A DNA stretch of 64,000 nt from a virus, in the IMG/VR virus record IMGVR_UViG_3300029267_002600, positions 1 to 64,000 of that record; one strand, given 5' to 3'. Of this stretch, positions 39,753 to 47,452 are shown piece after piece. The notes under the pieces were generated by a model, which was not told the origin of the DNA, searched no databases, and saw nothing but the letters and a program-made list of their open reading frames with translations. A program made the position numbers and the translations under genes. How positions within the stretch are numbered: position 1 is the stretch's first letter; every line of letters begins with the position of its first letter.

Positions 39753-40987
39753 AGTCGGGCAAAGGAGAAGTTAGGAACGGCAAAAGAATGAAAGCGATAA
39801 CCATTATGGTATCGTTAGCCATGCTATTTTCTGGATTAATGACAGTAAATGCAACAGCAGGAAATGTTTGGTGGAATAGCAGTTGGAATTACAGTAAAGA
39901 ATTAACATTCGATAATTCCGATCAATCCGAGAATCTAACGAACTTTCCAGTAATGGTTAGATTGACCACATCAAACTTTGATTATTCAAAGTGCAATGCA
40001 GATGGTTCAGATATTAGATTTGTTGATGGCTTAACCGAATTAAGTTACGAATTTGACTTATGGAACAATACTGGAGAAAGCATCTTATGGGTTAATGTGC
40101 CACAAATAGATGGTGAAAGTTACACAGATTCGATAGATCTTTATTACGGCAATGAGAATGCCGTTTCAGGTGAAGATAAGGAAGGCACATGGCATGAAGA
40201 TTATACGATAGTCTATCACATGGGAGAAGCCAATCTCACTCATAACGATAGCACAGCAAATGAATTAGATGGTACTCCATCAGGATTTAATGGAAGTGAA
40301 ACAACAGATGGTATTGTTGGATTAGCAGATGAATTTGATGGTGTAGATGATTGGATTAATATAACTGGAACAGATCTGTTTCCACCAATGCAAAATTGCA
40401 CACAATCCTTTTGGTTTAAATGGAAAGGAACATTCACTCAATGGATTATTGTAATGGGATGTGGAGATTCAGGTTGGGGAAACACAAGCATAGCCATTAA
40501 TCAGGATGATGGTTGGGCGTTATGTGTTCGAAAAAATATTACTGGCACATCTACTTACAACGGACATTATGGAGATTCATTATATGCAGAAGGAGAATGG
40601 ACAAATATCGTGTGCCGACACGATTATCTGAACAATAATTTTTCAATGTTTGTTAATGGAGAACATATAAAAAGTGTCGAATCATATGGTTTAGGTAGTA
40701 ATGTAGGGCATACTTTGAAACTTGGGGCTTTTGGGAATCCAACTGACGATTATTTTAACGGAACATTGGATGAAGTTAGAAGATCCAATAATGTTCAAAG
40801 TGATGATTGGATAAAGGCCGAATATCTATCTATAACAGACAATTTCATAACATTTGGTAATGAGAATCAAGCCCCATTCAGTTGGTTGCCATCACTTGTA
40901 CCACTTGGATTTGCAGTTATTTTAATGATTGTGATCGTAAATTACTTCAATGAATCAATGGGCATGAAAAAGAAAGGTGGTAGATAG
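39749..40987 (+). CDS. DUF2341 + LamG (concanavalin-A-like lectin) surface protein with C-terminal TM anchor
   Basis: WWNSSWNYSKELTFDN...NLTNFPVMVRL...GSDIRFVD...ILWVNVP...IDLYYGNENA matches the DUF2341 pattern. FDGVDDWINI...FWFKW...MFVNGEHI...FNGTLDEVRRSNNVQSDDWIKAEY matches Laminin_G_3. Confidence 0.75.
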   Translation: MKSGKGEVRNGKRMKAITIMVSLAMLFSGLMTVNATAGNVWWNSSWNYSKELTFDNSDQSENLTNFPVMVRLTTSNFDYSKCNADGSDIRFVDGLTELSYEFDLWNNTGESILWVNVPQIDGESYTDSIDLYYGNENAVSGEDKEGTWHEDYTIVYHMGEANLTHNDSTANELDGTPSGFNGSETTDGIVGLADEFDGVDDWINITGTDLFPPMQNCTQSFWFKWKGTFTQWIIVMGCGDSGWGNTSIAINQDDGWALCVRKNITGTSTYNGHYGDSLYAEGEWTNIVCRHDYLNNNFSMFVNGEHIKSVESYGLGSNVGHTLKLGAFGNPTDDYFNGTLDEVRRSNNVQSDDWIKAEYLSITDNFITFGNENQAPFSWLPSLVPLGFAVILMIVIVNYFNESMGMKKKGGR

Positions 40988-42974
40988 GTTGAACAGTTTC
41001 CGAAAATACGGTTTAGGAATCATAATATTATCTATGATTATGCCGTTATTTTCTGGAATTACATTAGGTAAAGATCTCCCACAACCACAAACACAAGCGG
41101 TATTATATTCTGAAGATTTTGATGGTTACAATGATGGTGATATTCCAACCACAGCAGAATGGCATCAGGGAACTGGAAACTATGATCCACAGGTATTTGA
41201 AGTTGATGATGATCAGCAATGGCAATCTGCCCCTAATTCGTTATGGATGAAAAGTTGGAGTTCATGGTTTGCATTTTGTAGATACACAAACAGCACATCA
41301 TTTTCAGATTATACAATCACATTTGATATATATATTAATGCCAGTAATGGATTATATTATTTTTCTACAACAGAAGGAACAAATGAGTGGCATCAGGAAC
41401 AAAGTTTGCATCAACAGGTATTTAGATTACAATTTATGGCAGATGGCACAATTAAATACAATAGTGGTGGATGGATAGATACAGGAATGACATATACTGT
41501 TGGTTGGTATAATTTTACAATTCGACATAATGATACAGATGATAAGGTAGATATTTGGATAAATAACAATCATATAATGAATTGGGCTAATTATAGATGG
41601 GCTTGTGATGGAATAAGAGGAATGCATTTTGGCATATCAGCAAGTGGATCTGTAATTAGAGATATATTCATTGATAATTTTAAAATCGAATCTGAAGAAT
41701 TACCGCAACCGCAATTTAGCAATGTAATAATAACTCCCGATTCAGCAGAATATGATGTAGATTACGTTAATATCACTTGCAATATTACAAATGGAGTGGG
41801 GATAGATAGTGCATATGTAAATATAACAGGATTGGGTAATTACTCTATGGTACAAGGATCGGGAGATATTTGGTATCTGAACCAAACATATTCAAAACTT
41901 GGAACAAATTCATTTTTTATTACTGCCAATGACACATCAAACAATTGGAATAATACAGGTAATTTTTCATTTATAATATATGATACTTTAGCCCCACAGA
42001 TTACCCTTATTAGCGTAAGCCCTGTTCCTCAAGAGTATGATGAAGCAGTTAATGTTACTGCCACAATTCAGAATCATGTTGCAGTAAGTAGTGCATATGT
42101 AAATATAACAGGATTGGGTAATTATTCTATGGTACAAGGATCGGGATATTTATGGCATTTCAATCAATCATTATCTGCCCCTGTTGATATATACACATTC
42201 CATATCGCAAGTAATGACACATCAAACAATTGGAATAATTCAGGGGTTTATTTCTTTGAATTAAAAGATACTACTCCACCCGAAATAATAAATATAGTAT
42301 CTACTCCAAACGAGATCGAATCGGGTTGCAATATGAATATTACAGCAGAAGTAACAGATTTTAGTGGTGTAAATGCAACCATTATTCATTTGCAAATAAT
42401 AACTCCAATCGGAACTACAAACCATACTATGACAAAAGGATCAGGGGATGAATATTATTACAATAATACTTTCGTTTTAAATTCAGAAGTTCAATATTTA
42501 TTATGGAGTAATGATTCGTGGGATAATGTGAATCAATCAGGTTGGAGTTCTTTTTGGGTGAATGATACCACACCACCTGATCTGGATGTATTATATACAC
42601 CATCAACTGAAACTACAAGAACGGATTCGATAAATATCACATTCAACATTACGGATCTTGGAGATATTGATGAAGTTTGGATTAATTTATTCTATCCAGA
42701 TGGTTCAAGCCAAAACATCAGCATGAAGGAAGGGGTAGATGGTTGGTTCTTCAATCAAACCTTTGATGATGTTGGAGAATATCATTATTTTATTGTAGCC
42801 AAAGATAGTAGTAATAATTGGGGCAGATCATCAGAATATTCGTTTGAAATAGAAATGACACAGAACGATTTCATTTGGTCATTAATATTATTTCTGGCAA
42901 TTATGTTTGGGGCAATTGTAGTTACAAAAGGCGTATTGTATGGTGATAAATTTGGGGTGGAAAGGCGAAAGTAG
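40977..42974 (+). CDS. surface protein: jelly-roll/lectin-like N-domain plus four Ig-like repeats and C-terminal TM anchor
   Basis: GTG 40977 or TTG 40989 start. Signal peptide. LYSEDFDGYNDGDIP...IFIDNFKIE. Four units of about 95 aa containing NIT...MV/TKGSGD.WY.N.T...A.D.S.NWNN. Confidence 0.7.
   Translation: MVDRLNSFRKYGLGIIILSMIMPLFSGITLGKDLPQPQTQAVLYSEDFDGYNDGDIPTTAEWHQGTGNYDPQVFEVDDDQQWQSAPNSLWMKSWSSWFAFCRYTNSTSFSDYTITFDIYINASNGLYYFSTTEGTNEWHQEQSLHQQVFRLQFMADGTIKYNSGGWIDTGMTYTVGWYNFTIRHNDTDDKVDIWINNNHIMNWANYRWACDGIRGMHFGISASGSVIRDIFIDNFKIESEELPQPQFSNVIITPDSAEYDVDYVNITCNITNGVGIDSAYVNITGLGNYSMVQGSGDIWYLNQTYSKLGTNSFFITANDTSNNWNNTGNFSFIIYDTLAPQITLISVSPVPQEYDEAVNVTATIQNHVAVSSAYVNITGLGNYSMVQGSGYLWHFNQSLSAPVDIYTFHIASNDTSNNWNNSGVYFFELKDTTPPEIINIVSTPNEIESGCNMNITAEVTDFSGVNATIIHLQIITPIGTTNHTMTKGSGDEYYYNNTFVLNSEVQYLLWSNDSWDNVNQSGWSSFWVNDTTPPDLDVLYTPSTETTRTDSINITFNITDLGDIDEVWINLFYPDGSSQNISMKEGVDGWFFNQTFDDVGEYHYFIVAKDSSNNWGRSSEYSFEIEMTQNDFIWSLILFLAIMFGAIVVTKGVLYGDKFGVERRK
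41703..42855 (+). repeat. four tandem Ig-like domain repeats (coding), two with near-identical DNA
   Basis: 41808-41864 and 42090-42146 are identical at 56 of 57 nt (agtgcatatgtaaatataacaggattgggtaatta[c/t]tctatggtacaaggatcggga). Confidence 0.75.
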
Positions 42975-43365
42975 AAGGCATAGTCTTGCCAGAAAAGGAA
43001 TAAAAACAGGTGGTAAAAGCATGGGCATAAAGATAAAGCCATCAAAGGATACAATAGAGGGCATTCCATTAAGTAAAAATATTGATGGGCATAAATTCAC
43101 ATTAAGAAAGAGCGGTCAATATCAGAAAGATTTCAAGATTAAGATCTCAATTACAGAAGAAGAATACACTAAATGGAAGGAATTACTTGAAAGAAAAGGA
43201 AATCCAAAAGATATGGCAAATCAGATAGCATTCTTCGACATGATAGATTTTGAATTATCGGCAATAAGGGGCGAGGGAGAGATAGATGAAAAGGAATATG
43301 AGATCAATGAAAGAATCAAGAAGGAAATGGAAATGATAAGGCACAAGTTAAATTTGGATGAGTAA
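42952..43365 (+). CDS. leader family protein 19/25
   Basis: TTG start 4 nt after GGTGAT gives (M)GWKGESRRHSLARKGIKTGGKS. Track ORF 42940..43365. Overlaps the end of the upstream surface-protein gene. Confidence 0.8.
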   Translation: MGWKGESRRHSLARKGIKTGGKSMGIKIKPSKDTIEGIPLSKNIDGHKFTLRKSGQYQKDFKIKISITEEEYTKWKELLERKGNPKDMANQIAFFDMIDFELSAIRGEGEIDEKEYEINERIKKEMEMIRHKLNLDE

Positions 43366-43366
43366 T

Positions 43367-43972
43367 ATGTCATGGAAGGGCGAAAGTAGAAGGCATTCAC
43401 TTGCAAGGAAGGGCATCAAGACAGCACAGCAACCAATGATAGCAAGTGCCATGAACCGATCTCAATCAGATACTTCTCCATATTTTGATATGGATCTATC
43501 AGAACATAATCTTCCTTTCATAGCAGATTTGCACGAAGATCCAGAATATAACGATAGGCGAAGGGAGAGAACGCACGAAGTCATTCTAATGACATCAGAT
43601 GAATATCTTCAAGCCATAGATGTGGGTTCAAAGGGCAGGAGTATTCAGATTCATGATTTCAAGTTAGATCCAATCAAAGAAGATATGGAGAAGGGCGATA
43701 AATTCTCCATGCCGTTCTTGGAGTATGATATGGGATACTCAAAGCCAATATTAAGACAGGAAGGCATTCATAGGGCAGTAGCATCAAAAGAGATGGGGCA
43801 TGAACTGATTCCAGTTGTAGTTGTATATCCAAGCACGATTGGAAAATACAGAAAAGTCAGTATGTTAATGTCAGATCTCATAGCAGGAACAATAGATAAG
43901 ACTAAAATTAGATCGAAAGAACAAAGAAGGCAGGAGTATGAGAAGATTTATGGTGAAAGGTGGGATTTATAA
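43367..43972 (+). CDS. leader family protein 20/25 with ParB-like nuclease (ParB/Srx fold) body
   Basis: MSWKGESRRHSLARKGIKTAQQ. PFLEYDMGYSKPILRQEGIHRAVASKEMGHELIPVVVV fits the ParB N-terminal domain pattern (..dG.HR..A....G...iPv.v). Confidence 0.8.
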   Translation: MSWKGESRRHSLARKGIKTAQQPMIASAMNRSQSDTSPYFDMDLSEHNLPFIADLHEDPEYNDRRRERTHEVILMTSDEYLQAIDVGSKGRSIQIHDFKLDPIKEDMEKGDKFSMPFLEYDMGYSKPILRQEGIHRAVASKEMGHELIPVVVVYPSTIGKYRKVSMLMSDLIAGTIDKTKIRSKEQRRQEYEKIYGERWDL

Positions 43973-43993
43973 TGTTCAGAATGAACTTCTCCA

Positions 43994-44046
43994 TTGGGGG
44001 TAGTTTTGGTTGTTGCCACTTCCAACGAATCCCCCTTTTTTATTTT
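43994..44046 (+). terminator. hairpin plus T-run terminator inside the family array
   Basis: TTGGGGG ... CCCCC long imperfect stem followed by TTTTTTATTTT. Confidence 0.5.
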
Positions 44047-44065
44047 CAATCAGGGGGGCTAACTG

Positions 44066-44185
44066 ATGGAACGGTGTGATAGATGCAACAGGGCAGTTCC
44101 CGATTTTCTTCTTAATAGAGTTGGCAAAATCATGTTATGTGATAATTGTAAGGAGAAGAAGGAGAGATCACAGGGGGCAGTATAG
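44066..44185 (+). CDS. 39-aa zinc-ribbon mini-protein (below the track threshold)
   Basis: MERCDRCNRAVPDFLLNRVGKIMLCDNCKEKKERSQGAV. The stop abuts the TTG start of the next family gene. Confidence 0.45.
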   Translation: MERCDRCNRAVPDFLLNRVGKIMLCDNCKEKKERSQGAV

Positions 44186-44698
44186 TTGGCATGGAAGGGC
44201 GAATCCAGAAGGCATAGTCTTGCAAGGAAGGGGATCAAGACGGCGAAGCCAGTAATAGCAAGTGGTGTTAGCATTGATAAATTAAAACTCCATAAGAGAT
44301 TACCAAAAGATAAATTAGATAAAAAAATGCAAAATTTATTTTATTATGATGTTGAAGGATTAGAATGTTTTGTAAAGCAATATTTGGAAGAAATGTTCTT
44401 TGATGAAGATAAAAGCGTGATAGATATTGTTGATGTTGTATTATGGGGTAGTTATACTAAAAACGAAGAAAAAGTAGGTTCTGATCTTGATTTCTTATTG
44501 ACATATAATGGAACAGCAAGAGAAGATGGCTTATTCAATTGGATTAATCATGATAATCCAGAAGGGCAACTTATGATAATAGATAGATATGGGAATGAAG
44601 TTAAGATAGATATTACTCCTGTTAATCTACATAGGGAATCAACTACTGAAGAAGAATTAATTAATTATTCAAAAATGGAACAAAGGAGAATTAGATAA
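44186..44698 (+). CDS. leader family protein 21/25 with minimal nucleotidyltransferase (Pol-beta superfamily) body
   Basis: TTG start, (M)AWKGESRRHSLARKGIKTAKPVIASG. VVLWGSYTKNEEKVGSDLDFLL is the G-S-x(9-10)-D-x-D NTase signature. Confidence 0.8.
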   Translation: MAWKGESRRHSLARKGIKTAKPVIASGVSIDKLKLHKRLPKDKLDKKMQNLFYYDVEGLECFVKQYLEEMFFDEDKSVIDIVDVVLWGSYTKNEEKVGSDLDFLLTYNGTAREDGLFNWINHDNPEGQLMIIDRYGNEVKIDITPVNLHRESTTEEELINYSKMEQRRIR

Positions 44699-45150
44699 TG
44701 GCATGGAAGGGCGAATCAAGAAGGCATAGTCTTGCAAGGAAGGGCATCAAGACGGCGAACAAGCCATTAAAATCAGCAGGAAAGAAGTTCAAAAGCCAAG
44801 CAGATCCAGAAGTGTATAAAAAATGGGATAAATTAGTCAATATGAGTTATTCCGAATTGAAGCGATTCATTGATACTGAAGAAGGAAGGAAGGCAGGATT
44901 GAGCAAAGAACAAGCCCGAAAGCAAGGCATCAAATACGGAAGGGAAAGTGCCAAATGGATACTGAAGATGAAGAAAACCCCTGTTAATGAATGGACAGAA
45001 ACCATGTGGGAGTGGGCAAGAAGGCAGAATAGTTTCATAAGCAGAATGCGTGGAAATAAGGGAAAATTGTATGATGAAGAAGGCAATAAAACGAGAAAGC
45101 ACACTTCATTATTGATTTGGGGGCATGATCCCACAAAGGAGAATAAGTAA
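44698..45150 (+). CDS. leader family protein 22/25 with DUF3140-like body
   Basis: MAWKGESRRHSLARKGIKTANKP. VNMSYSELKRFIDTEEG...HTSLLIWGHDP recalls DUF3140 (VNMS..EL..WL ... W.YSLMNWGHDP). This rests on memory only. Confidence 0.8.
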   Translation: MAWKGESRRHSLARKGIKTANKPLKSAGKKFKSQADPEVYKKWDKLVNMSYSELKRFIDTEEGRKAGLSKEQARKQGIKYGRESAKWILKMKKTPVNEWTETMWEWARRQNSFISRMRGNKGKLYDEEGNKTRKHTSLLIWGHDPTKENK

Positions 45151-45731
45151 TGGCTTGGAAGGGCGAATCACGAAGGCATAGTCTTGCAAGGAAGGGGATT
45201 AAGACAGTAATTAGTGATAAACGAAAGGTTGATGTATCTACATTTGTTGCGAAAGGCAAATTACATCCACAATTATTTACATTTAAGAACAACCCATATA
45301 TGATTGATCAGGGCTATAAAATGAAAGAAATACGGTGGAGTTATCCTGAAGATAAATCAGAAAATTATTTTTTTCATGCAACATTTTTACCAAAATTAGA
45401 ATCAATCAAAAAGGAAGGTTTAAAAGTAGATACAGAAAAATTATGGGATATTTCAGGATCAGGAAAATCATATTTCACTCATATTCCAATAACAGCAATA
45501 GGTTGGGTGATGGGATATATGTATGGGGAAGATGAATATGATGATGAAGAAGATATTTCAATAGTGTTATTAAGGATTCCACCGAAATATAAGATGGAAT
45601 ACGATCACAAAGGAACTTTGAATAGCACACCAAGAAGTAACAATTATTTCACAGAAGAAAATGTTGATCCAAACGATATTGAGATAAAAACAAAGGGTGG
45701 TTGGATTCCTTTAAAGGAGTTTGATATATGA
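45150..45731 (+). CDS. leader family protein 23/25, tentative ADP-ribosyltransferase-like body
   Basis: MAWKGESRRHSLARKGIKTVISDKRKVDVSTFVAKG. FFHAT..I.KEGL, GSGKSYFT and YFTEENV are arranged like an H-Y-E ART fold. This is very tentative. Confidence 0.8.
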   Translation: MAWKGESRRHSLARKGIKTVISDKRKVDVSTFVAKGKLHPQLFTFKNNPYMIDQGYKMKEIRWSYPEDKSENYFFHATFLPKLESIKKEGLKVDTEKLWDISGSGKSYFTHIPITAIGWVMGYMYGEDEYDDEEDISIVLLRIPPKYKMEYDHKGTLNSTPRSNNYFTEENVDPNDIEIKTKGGWIPLKEFDI

Positions 45732-46309
45732 GTTGGAAAGGCGAGAGCAGAAGGCATAGTCTTGCAAGGAAGGGCATTAAGACGGCGAAAGGAGTAAATG
45801 TAGTTGGAAAAACAGATGTTTTATATCCAAGCGTTCAAGATTATTGGCACACAATATTCCCTTTAAAAGTATTCAGATGTGGAGATTCGGAAGAAAAATC
45901 AAAGGTAAGATTCTTTTCAGATGGAGATACAGCAGAAGGATATTGTGATGCGTTTGGTGGAGAGATATATGAAGAAATAATAACAATGAAGAACCCATTA
46001 ATATTACATTCGGGATTGAAAAATAGTTTAACAAAAGAAGAAATGAAAAAATTATTCAAAATATTATTTATAGATAGAGAAAAGAACTACAAAGAGTTGA
46101 TAAAATATAGAAAAGAACAGGGGAAATATACATCAGAATGGGAAGATCTTGAAGAACATGATTTGGGTTTGAGAATAAGAGGGGATGGTTGGAAACCGAT
46201 CATTGAATATGCTATGAAGGAAGGTTATGATGGAATAATAACAAGAGATACAGATGCATTATTAACACATGGAACTGTTAGTTATATAACTTGGAAAGGA
46301 GATAATTAA
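45728..46309 (+). CDS. leader family protein 24/25
   Basis: MSWKGESRRHSLARKGIKTAKGVNV. ATGA overlap. Confidence 0.85.
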   Translation: MSWKGESRRHSLARKGIKTAKGVNVVGKTDVLYPSVQDYWHTIFPLKVFRCGDSEEKSKVRFFSDGDTAEGYCDAFGGEIYEEIITMKNPLILHSGLKNSLTKEEMKKLFKILFIDREKNYKELIKYRKEQGKYTSEWEDLEEHDLGLRIRGDGWKPIIEYAMKEGYDGIITRDTDALLTHGTVSYITWKGDN

Positions 46310-47145
46310 TGGCATGGAAGGGCGAATCACGAAGGCATAGTCTTGCAAGGAAAGGCGTTAAAACAGCATCAGGAAGAAAGAGATCGGATTATTATTCAAA
46401 GGAAAATATTGAGAAAAGGGCAAAGGAAATGGAAGAAATGTACAACAAACAAACCGAAGATAGATTAGAATATCTAAAGAAATACAATCCAGATTGGTTT
46501 GTTGATAAATTAAATGTAGTAAAATGGGGGGATCGGAAATATCGTGAAGATTGGTTAGAGATAACAGGAAGGAACAGAAAAAAGAGATTGCCAGAAGCCA
46601 TTGGAGAAACGGTTGGAATATCAATGGGTTGGGTATCTGACCATTCAGGGTTGGTTCTTCTTACAGATGCAAAATTACTTGAAATTAAAGATAATGGTTA
46701 TGTAATTGTTGAAGTTGATGGAAATGAAGTTGAATTACCATCATACAGAATCAAATGGATTAAAAGAAAAGAGAAGAAGAAAGAACCGAAGAAAAGACCG
46801 AAGAAGATTCCAAAGAATATATCTGGATTAAAATTTAAATTAGAATCAGATACTTACAAAATTGAACAATATACGGCGAATACAGAATGGAATGGCATTC
46901 CGATCTCATTTCATGTTACCATGCGATATGGCACATTTGTAAAATCATGGTATGTAACTTACGGCATCAGTTACATGGAGAAATCTGGATGGATGGGTAT
47001 TGGAGAATTACTTAAAGGCAAGAGTGGAATCAAAAGTAGAAAAGAAGCAAGAGAACTGGCACATGAATTGATAGAAAATGCTTCGATAGAAGAATTAGAA
47101 TCATTATCTGAAGGATATAAGCGGAAAATACAAGAACGAGTTTAA
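46309..47145 (+). CDS. leader family protein 25/25
   Basis: MAWKGESRRHSLARKGVKTASGRKR. TAATG overlap. Internal poly-Lys linker KRKEKKKEPKKRPKKIPK. Confidence 0.85.
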   Translation: MAWKGESRRHSLARKGVKTASGRKRSDYYSKENIEKRAKEMEEMYNKQTEDRLEYLKKYNPDWFVDKLNVVKWGDRKYREDWLEITGRNRKKRLPEAIGETVGISMGWVSDHSGLVLLTDAKLLEIKDNGYVIVEVDGNEVELPSYRIKWIKRKEKKKEPKKRPKKIPKNISGLKFKLESDTYKIEQYTANTEWNGIPISFHVTMRYGTFVKSWYVTYGISYMEKSGWMGIGELLKGKSGIKSRKEARELAHELIENASIEELESLSEGYKRKIQERV

Positions 47146-47148
47146 TCC

Positions 47149-47170
47149 AAAATGTATTAATAGATATAAT
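47149..47170 (+). promoter_or_regulatory. putative promoter (AAAATGTATTAATA + TATAAT)
   Basis: The 14-mer is shared with 3350-3363. TATAAT at 47165-47170, 16 nt before ATG 47186. Confidence 0.3.
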
Positions 47171-47185
47171 CGTTAAGCATAACTG

Positions 47186-47452
47186 ATGAACAGAAGAAAG
47201 ATTGCAGGTATGGTTGTCTTAATACTATTAGGTTCATTTTTCATAGTAAATCAGATTGGCAATGATACTTGGGATGATACCCATTGGGGTGGGGATACTG
47301 GAGAAGAAGAATATCATGTTCCACAGCAAAGTGATGGCACAAGAGATGGAGATGGTGGAGAAGTTTGTAGTATGATCTTTTTCATTGGTTTCATTGGTGG
47401 AACAGGTTATTATATCAAATGGAAGCGGAATAAATGTGTAAATCAGGATTAA
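47186..47452 (+). CDS. small membrane protein (2 TM)
   Basis: N- and C-terminal hydrophobic helices with an acidic Gly-rich loop. Confidence 0.55.
   Translation: MNRRKIAGMVVLILLGSFFIVNQIGNDTWDDTHWGGDTGEEEYHVPQQSDGTRDGDGGEVCSMIFFIGFIGGTGYYIKWKRNKCVNQD

Noticed and set aside
19047-47145. The 25 dispersed repeats of 50-100 nt read as a CRISPR-like or other non-coding repeat array.
   Set aside because: The repeats are always the first codons of long ORFs, preceded by SD-like sites. They vary at synonymous positions. The intervals are 400-1100+ nt of unique coding sequence, not spacers.
19047-47145. Conserved leader plus variable C-terminus read as RiPP precursor peptides, given the radical-SAM genes in the window.
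   Set aside because: The variable parts are full-size proteins of 120-350 aa, some with enzyme motifs, not short core peptides. The radical-SAM genes are more than 7 kb away in a different module.
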